Source: Azolla caroliniana (lineage: Eukaryota > Plantae > Polypodiophyta). Taken from it: 64,000 nucleotides of DNA. The stretch's first letter is position 1. Each line of letters starts with the position of its first letter. The notes under the pieces were generated by a model. The model made no database searches. It was not told the origin of the DNA and saw only the letters and a list, made by a program, of their open reading frames with translations. The stretch lies in the NCBI GenBank assembly GCA_043228905.1, contig JBHGNT010000022.1, forward strand, positions 1,984,001 to 2,048,000, given 5' to 3'. Positions 47,280 to 59,800 of this stretch are shown here, piece by piece. The position numbers were made by a program, and so were the translations under genes.

Positions 47280-50242
47280 CAAATTGTAGCTCATCCTGCA
47301 TCTTCCAAAGGTCTTTCTTCATTTCTCCGGTCACGACCATGTACGTAGATGCCCCATTCGGACTGATTTAGACTTGTTTCGCTCCGAGAGTTTTCTTCTT
47401 GTGTGGGCTATCAGGGCTCGAACTATCACTTCCCCATTCCACAACAGTCCGCATTAAAAAACCATTTTTGTTTGGGGCAAGAGCTCTCTCTTGTTCCTTT
47501 TGTGATTCGATGGCACAATTAGGAATTGGATGGTTTCCCCTCCGCTTTGGCTCCGAATCGGTGCAAAAGCCGCTCCGCTATCGAGCACCTTTGGTTCCAT
47601 CCGTGAAGCAGTGAAAAATGGTTGGCCGAGGATCACGGAATGTAAGACCTCATCTTGCACGAAGAAATTTTGGTCAATCTCTACATCTCCGATCTTCACC
47701 ATCACATCCGGACAAGCTGCAAATAGGTCTTACATTGCTTTAGTGGCTGTCCAGATCTTCCATCCATGATTGGTGTTAATATGCCATTTCCCCTTCCGAT
47801 AGAACTGCTTGGACATCAGGTTGATCTCCAATCCATGATCAATCAACGCAACTATGGGCTCTTTGATGTTCCAATCCAGATCGGAGTCTCCATAGTTGCC
47901 CGTGCCTAGTGTGGCTTTGTGTAATGAGAGTTCGGAATCTCATCCTCTACTTCCATATAGTTCATTAGAACACTATTTGCATTCACCCTTGGGGCATTTG
48001 ATTCTTCTGTAGCTTGCGTCTTTCTTTTTACAAGATCCACAAGGAGATCGTGGAATTCGTTCTTTGCTATTCCGAGCAATTCCCGGAGAGAAAACTCCAC
48101 CCGACTATCAAGGATTCTCTCTTCGCACACCTTCTTTAGGTCTATCTATTGTTCGATGTCCGAGGCAAGTTTGAATGCCGGAATCGGTTTCCCTTTTCCT
48201 TTCCCTTCAGAATCCCAGCTCTCCGGTCTCTTCAATGGTCTGGTCACATTATCCGAGCGTCGTCGTTTCTCATCTACACACACCTCATGTAATTGGCGTA
48301 GGGCATATGCACTATTCTTATCTACAGGGCACTCCCATTCTGTAGCTTCTCGGATGACTTCTGTCGTGCTCCAGATTTCATTAGAATCGGTTTTTTCAAA
48401 GATTTCTAGCATTTCTGGCTAGAAAGACAACTTTGCTCTAGATGTCTCTCCCACACGTATTCCCGCGGTTGACGCATACTTGCTTTTTGCCACAATCTCC
48501 TCCGCTAGGACCTTCCTCATGCCGTCTTTTCGGAAGTTCGGTCGAGGTGGCTTCTGAGAGTCCATCGAATGGATCCAATTTCCCTCGTAGTAGATGGGAT
48601 CCCATCGTAGAGCCTCCTTGTGCTCATCGCAATCCTTCCGATCATGTTCGGTGCTATCACACCATATGCATTGACGGTCCATATACTTGGAACTTGTGGG
48701 ACGGTCTTCTGATTTCTTCACCATCACGATTTTCAGATTCTCCATCTCCTTCAGCAACTGCTCCACCGTGGTTGCATCAATTCCCTTCTCGATCATAGTC
48801 TCCCGAGCCCATGGTTGATGGTCTTCGAATCCAGATCTTGGAATTGGAATTGGACCAGGTTCCGAAACCCTTTTCTCTTCATTACCAAGACATTGCCCCC
48901 TCTTTGTGTATCACGCGACGATGTCCGACACATTTTCCCATGTATTGGTGAGGCCACTCTCAATAATCGTATCCTCTAGAAGCACTCCAAGATCTTTCCA
49001 GTCCTAGATGTCCACATCTCATAAGAACATGATCACTTTGATTGGTGCGAGGATAGCTTGATCTCTTACAAACAACCTCCCGAATCGACTTTCGAATGCT
49101 GAAAACACATTGAGGACCTTCAACCCCTTGTCTGATGTTTCCACCCAATCTTCGAATACTCTCTGCGTTGTCTTGGAGGAGTCCTCGATAGCGAAGGTGG
49201 TCTTTAGCGCTTCTTCAAATGCCACCCACGTCAGACTTTGTTGTTGTATCCTGTGGATACTCCCTTGAAGCCCATTCGTAGCCACCCGATTGAAGAATGT
49301 CAATTGCTATCCTTCCGATATTCCGCACCATAGCATCTCCGCCTTGTCATTCCGCAAATAACATGACACATCCTTCATGTTGAATTGCCCGTTCCGTTGC
49401 ACGAGCCACTCTACTACTGCCACAATCTCCAACATCGCACATTGTACTTGTAGCTTCCGCTCGAATGTTGTTAGGCTCTTGTTGATTCTCCATCTCCTTA
49501 CCACCCGTTATCACTTCGGGTTCACCAATTGTGTCGCGCCTTTCAGCATCGGATCGCTGCATGAGTCAGGTGGAAACCATCGAGGTTATGGACTAGAAGG
49601 AGGAAGAATTTGAGGCAAATAGGAATGTGAATAGGTTGTAAGAAAGAGATATTAACCTGTGAATCCCACGAGTGTATTGTAATAGATTTATTAATATTTA
49701 AAACCCTAATAACAAATTAAAATAGATTGGAAAAGAGAGATAGAAAATCGTGAATCACACGAGTATAATCAATTCAATCAATATTTAGAAACCCAAAAAA
49801 GATCGACAACAAACCCTTACAATTTGCTCCCCCGCCCTTATATAGTGATGGGAGAGACTAAGTATATCTTACTACATGCAAACATGATGCTTTTTCTCTA
49901 ACTTGAGTGTTCCTGCACACTAGATGTCTTAGCTTTTTCTATCATACTTTTTTTCTTTTAACTCAAGTATTCATGCACACTAGATGTACATGAATAACTT
50001 TCTTTATCATGCTTATCTAGAATATTTATTATGGATAACTTTTGTGTAATTAGAATCTATACCTTTAATACTCATAATGTGTATAATGGTAAGGCTTGGA
50101 ATTGTTAACATCGAGGTATAGGGTTCAAATCTTGCTATATGCATGGAACATAATTATTTTAGTATTCTCTCCTATTTCTTTATACTTAGTTAATCGGTTA
50201 CTCTACACATATTTTACGTAGTGTACAAAGCACACTACGACA
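47280..50242 (-). mobile_element. Decayed 5' half of a tRNA-Trp-primed gypsy related to 53894-61254 (LTR 49532-50242, PBS, gag-pro, start of pol)
   Basis: Fragmented ORFs match the 708-aa Gag-Pro; PBS TGGTGAACCCGAAGTGA; LTR begins TGTCGTAGTG on the minus strand. Confidence 0.92.
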
Positions 50243-52450
50243 ACACGTCAGATTTTGTCCTCAGTAGTATTTTGTCACAACAAGGCGACGATGAGAAGCT
50301 ACATCTCGTGGCTTTCCACTCGCGCAAATTTGACACCGCCGAAATCAACTACGAGATACATGACAAGGAGCTATTAGAAATAGTGGATTCTTTTGCACAA
50401 TGGAGGCATTTTTAAGAAGGATCTCCTTATTAAGTCACTGTATTCAGTGATCACAAGAATCTTGCCTACTTCCAGAATCCTCACGTATTATATAGACAAC
50501 AAGCTTGGTGGGCCCAGTTCTTCACTCGTTTCGACTTCAAGATTACATATCGTCCAGGCAAGCAACATGGGAAGGTAGATGCATTATCACGATGCTCGTA
50601 TCTAGCTCCTCGTCCTGGTGATCCGGCCTTCGAAAATCAAAAGCAAGTAATCCTAGGTCCGACACGACTTCAAGCAATGTGGGTTTTTGACACTCCATTG
50701 GATTCCCGCATTATTGATACCATACGTGAATATTTGAAGTTAGATATTCTCGCTCAAGCTATTCTAGATCAAATTGATCCCTCTTGGGCATCTTGTTCAC
50801 GGTCACAACAACCAGGTATGTATTATCGACAATTCCAATGTCATGATGGATTACTCTTCTTTAAGAAACTTTTGTATGTTCCCAATGGTTCCTGTCACCT
50901 TCGCATAGTACAAAATTGTCATGACACATACACAATCAGACATTTTGGTAGTACTAAAACGTTGGATTTAGTACAATGATCATTTTGGTGGCCTCATATG
51001 CGAAGATTTGCCAAGGACTATGTTCGAACATGTGATACATGTTGCAAAGCAAAGATGCCTAGACATCATCCATATGGTTTGTTGGAGCCATTATCGATCC
51101 CAAGCAAACCGTGGCAATCTATTTCTCTAGATTTTATCACAAATCTTCCGGATTAAAAAGGCTTTAATGTGATCTTAATAGTGGTAGATCGATATACTAA
51201 GATGGCACATTTCATGCCCTGTAAAAAAGAAACCACTAGCGAAGAAACCACAGGAATTGTTATGCGTGACGTATTTCGGCATCATGGTATTCCCGACAGT
51301 ATCACTAGTGATCGTGGACCTCAGTTCGTCTCTAAATTTTGGAGGCATCTCTTCAAAATGCTCAAGGTCACCTGCAATCTCTCCTCAGGCTATCACCCCC
51401 AAACAGATGGACAAGCAGAATGTACCAATCAAATGCTGGAACAATATCTTCAGTGTTTCCTAAGCTATCAACAAGATGATTGGGCAAATATTCTACACTT
51501 TGTTGAATTTTCTTATAATAATTCTATCCACTCCTCTACTAGGGTTACACCATTCTATGCTTATACAGGCTATCATCCTCGTTGGTGTGTGGTAGAAACT
51601 CTTGAGTTACCCACAAATCTTAGTGCAGAGGATCATTTGGAGCAGTTATGACAAATTCAGGCTGAACTATCTACCCACCTACATCACGCCCAACAAACAC
51701 AGAAGGATTATGCGGATCATCATCGGCTTCCATCCTATTTTGGTATTGGAGAAAGAGTATGGCTATTACGATGGCACATCAAGATTACTCGACCATGTGA
51801 CAAACTGGATTATCAGCGGTTAGGCCCTTTCCGTATTAACGAAAAAATTAATGATGTCATCGTTTGCCTTGATCTACCTCCGCAACTACAGATACATCCG
51901 GTATTTCTAGTTCTCTTCTAGAACCCTATCAAGACATCACTATTCCCAATCGTATTACACCACCTCCACCCCCGATCGAACTTGACGATGGACCTAAGTA
52001 CGACGTTGTTGCCATCCTCGATTCCAAGATTGTTCGCAACAAGCTCTACTATTTGGTCGATTGGGTAGGTTGTAGTCAAAGCGAGCATACTTGGAAACTA
52101 GTAGAGAATGTGGCCAATGCTTGAGCTCTTCTTGAAGACTTCCATCGTCAATATCCAAACAAACCAGGTCCTCAATCAAAGACAACTCGTAACACTCGTC
52201 ATTTAAAAGGGGGGGGATAGTGTCATGATGTGTCTCCAAAAGGATTTGAACCCATAACCTTATGTTACATGGGTTGAACCCTTACCATTCCAGATTCCAG
52301 ATTTCTCTAGAACATTCTAGAAACTTCACGAGTACTCCTGACAATACTATAAATAAAGGCACATGGCATTATTCAGAACCAATTCGGTTCAATGCCAATC
52401 TTAAACCTCCTAGTTATTCTTATATCTTTCTTCATATAATATATATGAAT
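50243..52450 (+). mobile_element. Decayed 3' part of a Tcn1-like element E (RH-IN-chromodomain, PPT, partial LTR 52221-52450)
   Basis: Collinear with the pol of element D, many stops; LTR cut off by a copia LTR at 52451. Confidence 0.92.
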
Positions 52451-53967
52451 TGTTAATGTGCGGAAGCGTCAGACAAAACCGGCTCAGCCAGATAGCAACA
52501 GAAAATGAGATGAAGGTTTAATGGAAAAGCTTCAAACACAAAGGAGACAGAGAGAGCAGAACATAAAACTATATTCAAAAATTAACTCTAAAACTCTGTA
52601 GATACAACGTGCTAAACAACACTATTTATACAAGTCCATAAAGGACTGACAGGTACTTCAATGCTCACAAGTGCGACTGACACTAACTACGAGACAATGA
52701 TTACCTAGTATTCTAGGCTACTACTAGGCTTCCGGTTCCTGCTCGAATCCGGTTCTCCGATCAGGCTCCCCAAATCCGGCCGGTTGTTTCCGGATACCGA
52801 TCCAGCTCATCCTTCCGGATGCTAATCCGGTTCAGGCTTATTCAGCCGATCTGGATCCGGTTGAGCTTGCTTGCTCAACACTCCCCCTCAAGCTCAACTT
52901 GAGGTCGGATCGTGGTGTTAGTATCTGCGGCAGCCGGTCCTTCCACCCGACTCCTTCTAGCGTCGTCTCGCCTTGCTCGCGCTCCTCATCCGGTCCAGTT
53001 CCGCTTCCTGCGACCCGGGCGGTACTGCGCGCCTCGACCTCCTCGGTCGTCTTGTCTGCTCAACATGCCCATTTTAGCTCCCTCATTGTTGCGAGTCAGG
53101 CGCTTGTCGACCCGTCGGCTCCTTTGTGTTGGCGTCGACTTCCGCTTCGTCCGTGTCCGCTTGGCCTTTAGTTGATCTGGCTTCTCCGAATCTTGAACCG
53201 AATCGGTTTCCTTCGATTCGTTCCAGCTCTTGTCCGAGTCGGTGTTCTCCGACCCGACTTCCGATTTCAGGCCCTTCACCACACCGGACCACGTCCGGGT
53301 CTTGGCCGTTTTCTTCTGGTCGGCTCTGTCCTTCTTGACTCTGCTGCCGCAGCCACTTGTTCCGACCTTTTCGAATGTGCCAACTCCTTCGGTCGGTTCG
53401 ACTTCCTTTTTCCTCTTGTCTCCCCCTTTGTTGGTTCTTTCTTCCTCTCCGGCTCCTTGTCCGGTACCATCCATTCCCTTTCCTTTTCTGCCCCTCAAGT
53501 GCGGCACGTCGAGATGCTGAACACCAAGCATTTCCGTGAAGTGCTGTAACTTGTCTGATCCAAGCGGTATGGTGAAGATATCGGCAATTTGCCGATCCGT
53601 CTGGACATACCGAAGTTCTACTTCACCGCTCAAAACCCGCTCACGCACAAAGTGACAGTGAACTTCTATGTGCTTCGTCCGAGCATGGAACACGGGGTTC
53701 TTGGCGAGCTGAATGCTACTCGTGTTGTCACAATAGATCAGGATCGGGGTCCGGACCTCAATCCGTAGGTCTTGCAGTAGTCGCTGAAGCCAGATGGCTT
53801 CACATGTGGCATTGGTAGCGCCCCGGTATTCAGCCTTAGTGCTCGATAGAGCCATTGTTGGCTACTTTTTGCTGCTCCACGCAACATCCGCGCTGTCGTA
53901 GTGTAGGTTGCACACTATGTGGAAATTATATTTTTGTCCCTCCGGATAGAGAATGGAGTGCTCGGTG

Positions 53968-54108
53968 AGAACCGGAAGAAAACGGCATACCGGAAAGGAA
54001 GAAAACGGCATACCGGAAAGGAGGAAAACGTTCCGGAGGAAAACGGCATACCGGCAAGGAGGAAAACGGCATACCGGCAAGGAAGAAAACGGCATACCGG
54101 CAAGGAAG
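53968..54108 (+). repeat. 23-bp tandem repeat GAAAACGGCATACCGG(A/C)AAGGA(A/G) in U3
   Basis: Five full units plus a 15-bp partial unit in the 5' LTR; four units in the 3' LTR (about 60511-60602). Confidence 0.9.
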
Positions 54109-54763
54109 AGCCGGATAAAGAGACATAAATGTAAAAAAGAAGAAGGAATTACTCACTACTGCGCAGGGCGTGATTTGAACTCTGCACCTCCACGTTGACA
54201 AACCCCAACCTTACCATTACATTAACTTATCTTAAGTGTTTTAAATATAGATTTAATACGTATAAGACCTTTATTTATGCATACCTTTATTAAAAGGTAA
54301 ATCGTGTATTTTTTTAATATATGAAAAAGAAAAAACACGAGACACTAAAAATAACTCATGCACATCTAGCGTGCATGAGCCCTATACTTAGGAAATAAAA
54401 AAGCATCACATGCACATTTAGTGTGCATGAACATATGAGAAAAAGCATGTAGCTATGCTTAGTCTCTCCCATCACTATATAAGGATGGGGAGCACATTGT
54501 AGTTGTTGTTGATTATTTGGATTAAGTATTAATCAATACAAAAATTATTCGTGGGATTCACGATTTATACATCTACTTCTCTCTTAACACCCTAAGTACC
54601 AATTAATATAGTATGCTCGTGTGATTCACAAGTTTCTTATCTTTCTCTTTGCTATTTACTCATAATTAATCTCTATCTCACGAACTTCTTTCTCCTAGTC
54701 CAAGACCTCTGTGGTTCCCACCCGACTCACGCAACGATCCGGAGCCGAAAGGCACGACACAGT

Positions 54764-54781
54764 TGGTGAACCCGACGTGAA
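54764..54781 (+). promoter_or_regulatory. PBS complementary to the tRNA-Trp 3' end
   Basis: TGGTGAACCCGACGTGAA is the reverse complement of TTCACGTCGGGTTCACCA (plant tRNA-Trp 3' end as recalled). Confidence 0.85.
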
Positions 54782-54797
54782 GACGGGTGGCAAGGAG

Positions 54798-56837
54798 ATG
54801 GAGGCTCAACAAGCTAACAATATGATGGCGATGTTCGAACGGATGCTTCAAGAACAACGCACGATGTCGGAGATTTCGGCATCAGTAGAGCGGCTCGTGC
54901 AACGCAACGGGCAATTTAATGGTAAGGATGTGTCGCGATATTTGCAGGACTACAAGGCGGAGATGCTCCGGTGCCGGGCTTCGGAAGGACTGCAAGTGAC
55001 ATCCTTTAACCGGGTGGCGACCGACGGGCTTCAAGGGAGTATCCACGGGTTGCAACAACAAAATCCGACGTGGGAAGCATTCGAAGAGGCGTTAAAGACC
55101 ACGTTTGCCATCGAGGACTCCTCCAAGGCAACGCGGAGGGGATTCGAGGATTGGGTGGAAACGTCAGGTAAGGGGCTGAAGGTCCTCGAAGTGTTTTCGA
55201 CATTCGAAAGTCGGTTCGGGAGGTTGTCCGCGAGAGATCAAACTATTCTTGCACCGGACAAAGTCATCATGTTTTTGCGAGCTGTGGACGTCCGGGACCG
55301 GAAAGATCTCGGAGTGCTTCTTGAGGACACGACCACCGAAAGCGGCCTCACCGAAACATGGGAAAGCGTGCGGGATATCGTCGCGCGGTACACGAAGAGG
55401 GGGCAATGGCTTGCCAACGAAGAAAAGAGGGTTTCGGAACCGATTCCGAAACCGAGAACGGGACTGGAAGACCATCAACCGAGGGCTCGGGAGATTACGG
55501 CCGAGAAGGGAGTCGACGCGTCTACGGTGGAGCAGCTGCTGAAGGAGATGGAGAATCTAAAGATCGTGATGGTGAAGAAGTCGGATGACCGCCCCACAAG
55601 CTCCAAATATACGGATCGACGGTGCATATGGTGCGATAGCGCCGAACACGATCGGAGGGATTGCGACGACCATAAGGAGGCGCTACGACGGGATCTCATC
55701 TACTACGAGGGAAACCGGATTCATTCGATGGACTCTCGGAAGCCACTCCGACCGAACTTCCGGAAAGGCGGCATGAAGAAGGTGCTCGAGGAGGAGTTAG
55801 CGGCAAGAAGCAACTATGCGACAACCGCGGGAATATGTGTCGGGGAGTCATCGGGAGCGAAGGCGTCTTTCTGGCCGGAGGTGCTAGGTAACACCGAGAA
55901 AACCGACTCCAACGATATCCGAAACACCGCGGAAGGCGTCCGGGAAGCTACGGGATGGGAGTGCCCTGTCGACAAGAATAGCATATACGCCCTGTGTCAA
56001 TTACATGAGGTGTATGTGGACGAGAAACGACGGCGCACGGAGGATGCGGCCGGACCATCGAAGATACCGGAAAGCTGGAACTCCGGAGGTAAGGGAAAAG
56101 AAAAGGCGACTCCGGCATTCAAGCTCGCCTCGGACATAGAACAACAAACCGACTTGAAAAGAGTGTTCGAGGAAAGAATCTTGGATAGCCGGGTAGATTT
56201 TTCGCTGCGGGAACTACTCGGAATAGCGAAGAAGGAGTTTCACGATCTTCTCGTGGATCTCGTGAAAAGGAAGAGACAAAGTACGGAGGAAAATGCTCCA
56301 AGGGTGAATGCAAATACCGTTTCGATGAACGACACCAAAGTGGAAGGCGAAATTCCGAACTCCCACTATACAAGGCCACACTGGGCACGTGCGACTACGG
56401 AGACTCTGGTCCGAATCGGCAACATCAAAGAACCCGTGCTAGCATTGATTGATCACGGATCGGAGATCAACTTGATGTCCAAGGAGTTCTACCGAAAGGG
56501 GAAGTGGCCTATAAACACCAACCATGGATGGAAGATTCGGGCAGCCACGAAAACGACAGAAAACCTATTTGCGGCTTGTCCGGATGTGACGGTAAAGATC
56601 GGGGATGTCGAAATTGACCAAAATTTCTTTGTGCAGGATGAGGTTTCACATTCTGTCATCCTCGGCCAACCCTTTATCACGGCTTCACGGATGGAGACGA
56701 AGGTGCTCGATAGTGGTGCGGCTTTTGCGCGAATTCGGAGCCAAAACGGAGGGAAATCCGTCCAATTCCTAACGGTGCCGGCAAATCACGAAAGGAACAA
56801 GAGGGAACTCTTGTCCCAAGTGAGAATGGATTTTTAA
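54798..56837 (+). CDS. gag: Gag-protease polyprotein
   Basis: ORF (first ATG after the PBS at 54798) with CIWCDSAEHDRRDC knuckle and ALIDHGSEIN aspartic protease motif. Confidence 0.9.
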   Translation: MEAQQANNMMAMFERMLQEQRTMSEISASVERLVQRNGQFNGKDVSRYLQDYKAEMLRCRASEGLQVTSFNRVATDGLQGSIHGLQQQNPTWEAFEEALKTTFAIEDSSKATRRGFEDWVETSGKGLKVLEVFSTFESRFGRLSARDQTILAPDKVIMFLRAVDVRDRKDLGVLLEDTTTESGLTETWESVRDIVARYTKRGQWLANEEKRVSEPIPKPRTGLEDHQPRAREITAEKGVDASTVEQLLKEMENLKIVMVKKSDDRPTSSKYTDRRCIWCDSAEHDRRDCDDHKEALRRDLIYYEGNRIHSMDSRKPLRPNFRKGGMKKVLEEELAARSNYATTAGICVGESSGAKASFWPEVLGNTEKTDSNDIRNTAEGVREATGWECPVDKNSIYALCQLHEVYVDEKRRRTEDAAGPSKIPESWNSGGKGKEKATPAFKLASDIEQQTDLKRVFEERILDSRVDFSLRELLGIAKKEFHDLLVDLVKRKRQSTEENAPRVNANTVSMNDTKVEGEIPNSHYTRPHWARATTETLVRIGNIKEPVLALIDHGSEINLMSKEFYRKGKWPINTNHGWKIRAATKTTENLFAACPDVTVKIGDVEIDQNFFVQDEVSHSVILGQPFITASRMETKVLDSGAAFARIRSQNGGKSVQFLTVPANHERNKRELLSQVRMDF

Positions 56838-59800
56838 AGCGGACTGTTGCGGAGTGGGGAAGTGATAGTCCGAGAAGCCCTGATACCCCACACAGGAAGA
56901 AAAGTCTCGGAGCAAAACAAGTACGAATCGGCCCGGATGGGGCATCTACGTACACGGCCGTAACCGGAGGAATGAAGAAACAATACCGACAAGTGGAGGA
57001 TAAGTTACGGTCGGCATCAATAATAAAAGAAGACGAAGAAATCGTGGGAGTGATCGAGGAAGTGTTCTATGGGAATACACTACAACGGCTTGAAGAGCTT
57101 GCGGAAGATAAAAGCCAAGGGAACCGGGTAGTCCCGGTGGAATCGGTCGAGATGTACGAGATCGTTGCGAAAATGGGGCCGGATGCGCTCCGCAAAGAAG
57201 AAGCAATGGTAAGTACGAAATACAAGACCGTGGAGAAGAAGGTGAAACCGGCCGCGGGACCACTACCCGCCGATAGCGAACAAAAGAAGAAAGAAGTCTC
57301 GGGAGATCCGACACTTCGGAAGTCCGTGGATATCGGACATGCCTTCACAGATGAGACCCGGAAGAAACTTCGGATCGGTGGAGGTGGGTTCCTCTTACAA
57401 GAAGAAGAAAAACGGTTTCGAGAGATGTTGGAGCAACATGGCAAAGCATTCGCGTTCACATCGAGGGAGATCGGATGCATTGATCCAAAGATAGTGGAGC
57501 CGATGGTGATTTTCACGATTGATCATGTACCGTGGAACCTGAAGCCGATTCCGGTGCCACGGGCGCATATTCCGAAAGTCATCGACTTGCTCAAGGAGAA
57601 GGTGGCGATGGGGATTCTAGAGCCATCAAGTGCTCCGTACTCAAATCGATGGTTTACGGTTCCGAAGAAGAATGGGTCACTCCGATTCATCCAAGACTTG
57701 CAACCGGTGAACAAGGTCACGATCCGGAACTCGGGAGTCGGTCCGATAGTGGACGAATTCGCGGAAGCTTTTGCCGGACGTGCGATATACTCCATCGGGG
57801 ACCTATACTCGGGGTATGACCAATTCCAACTAGCCGTGGAGAGCCGAGACATCACTACCATGCGGACACCGATAGGACTAGTTCGAATGTGCACACTACC
57901 ACAAGGAGCGACAAACTCGGTTGCACATATGATGAACGCGATGAACAAGGTGCTTCGAGATTGCATCCCGGAGATAACGATGCCGTTTCTAGATGACATT
58001 CCGATGAAAGGATGCGCGGTGGAAGAAAAAGATGAGACTATGGATGATCGGGGATGCCGAAAGTTCGTGGTCGACCATATTCATGATTGCGAGAAAGTGT
58101 TGCGAAAGCTAGAAGATGTGCACCTAACACTTTCCGGGGAGAAATCGGCATTCGGGCAAGAAGAAATATTGGTGGTCGGACATCTATGTGGACCCTACGG
58201 CCGAAGACCGTCACCAACAAAGATCGATGCGATTCAAGCTATGAAGGAAGTATGTGAGTCAACGTCGGAAGTCCGAAGGTTTCTAGGTGCGTGTGCATTC
58301 TATCACATATGGATTCCGCACTATGCACATATAGCGGACCCGCTCTATCACTTGTTGCGGAAAGGTAAGAAATTCGAGTGGAAACCGGAACACACTAAAG
58401 CCATGAGGAAGCTCAAGAAGACACTATGGAGGGCGGAATCACTTAAGAAGCCAAGCTACGAGCGGCCAATCATAGTAACGGTTGATACAAGTCCAACCGG
58501 TATCGGGTGGGTCATCAATCAAGCCGACTCGGATGGTTCGCGGTATCCGATCCGATTTGGAGCAAAGGTCCTCAACGAAAGGCAACGCGGATATGCACAA
58601 GTCAAAAGAGAATTGTGGGGAGTCGTGTCGGCGATAAAATCGGATCGGGATTATTTGATCGGAGCTGAAGTGGTGATCGAGACGGATTGTCTTCCGATAC
58701 TCGGGATGATGCGGTGTTGTACGATACCGGATGTGGCTATGCTAAGGTGGATTGCATATGTCAAGTCACTTAATCCGGAGGTTCGGCACATCTCGGGGAA
58801 GGACAACGCGGTAGCGGACATGTTATCGAGGGCGCGGTTTGAAGACGACATAACCGAATCAGATAATGAAGAAGTTTCCGAAGACTACTTCACGTCAGAA
58901 CACATATGCCGAGTGAACGTAATCCGAGAATTCCGGGAAGAAGAATACGAGGGGGAAACCTTGATGATCGGGAAGATGCTACAAGAGGTCGAGGATTCAA
59001 CCAATGATAAAGAAAGGAGAGCCGAGATCCGAAGGAAGAAGAGGCAAGTCCAAAAGTTCTTCTTGGAAAACGGTTTAATATGGAGGACGCCGAAAAGACC
59101 GGATGGGATACCACTTCGAGTAGTCGGGACGAAAGAGCAACGAAACCGGATAATGTCCGAGTTCCACGAATCCGATTGGGCTGGACATCGAGGAACATGG
59201 GCAACTTTTGTGAAAATCAAGCAAAGATATTGGTGGAAGAGCATGTATAAAGATGTCGTGGAGTTCACAGAAAGCTGCGAGAAATGTCAAGTCTACTCCG
59301 GGGTCCGACACCGAGATGAGCTGCATCCGACATTCTCACCGACAATCAACTTCAAGTGGATGGTCGACATTGTAGCTATGCCGACCGGGATTGGACAAAA
59401 GAAATACTTGGTGTTAGCTCGAGAAGATCTCACAAACCAAGTTGAAGGTCGAGCGCTTCGGAGGAAAACGTGTGCCGCGGTGTGCCAATTTCTTTTGGAA
59501 GAAGTGTTTTGTAGGTACGGCTGCGTAGGACAAGTGATTGCGGACCGGGGAGAACTCGACTCGGACAAAGCTAGGGGATTCTTCGCCAAACATGGAGTTC
59601 GGTTAACGTTGACAACGGCCTACAATCCGGAGGCCAACGGGAAGATCGAACGAGGACATAGTCCGATCGTGAAAGCACTTGCGAAGGCATGCGACGGAAG
59701 GGTGAAGGATTGGCCACAAATGCTTCCGTATGCACTATGGGCGGATCGGACGACGCATAGCTCCGTGACCGGTTACATGCCGGCAGAACTCATGACCGGA

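Noticed and set aside
52735-52760. GCTCGAATCC in the copia LTR as another tRNA-like module
   Set aside because: No A-box-like TGGT at the right spacing and no AGGTN-NNGRG context; it lies within CCGG-rich repeats.
53968-54108. 23-bp repeat array (and the 16963-17165 palindromes) as a CRISPR array
   Set aside because: No unique spacers of regular length, no cas genes, and the context is eukaryotic LTR or intron.
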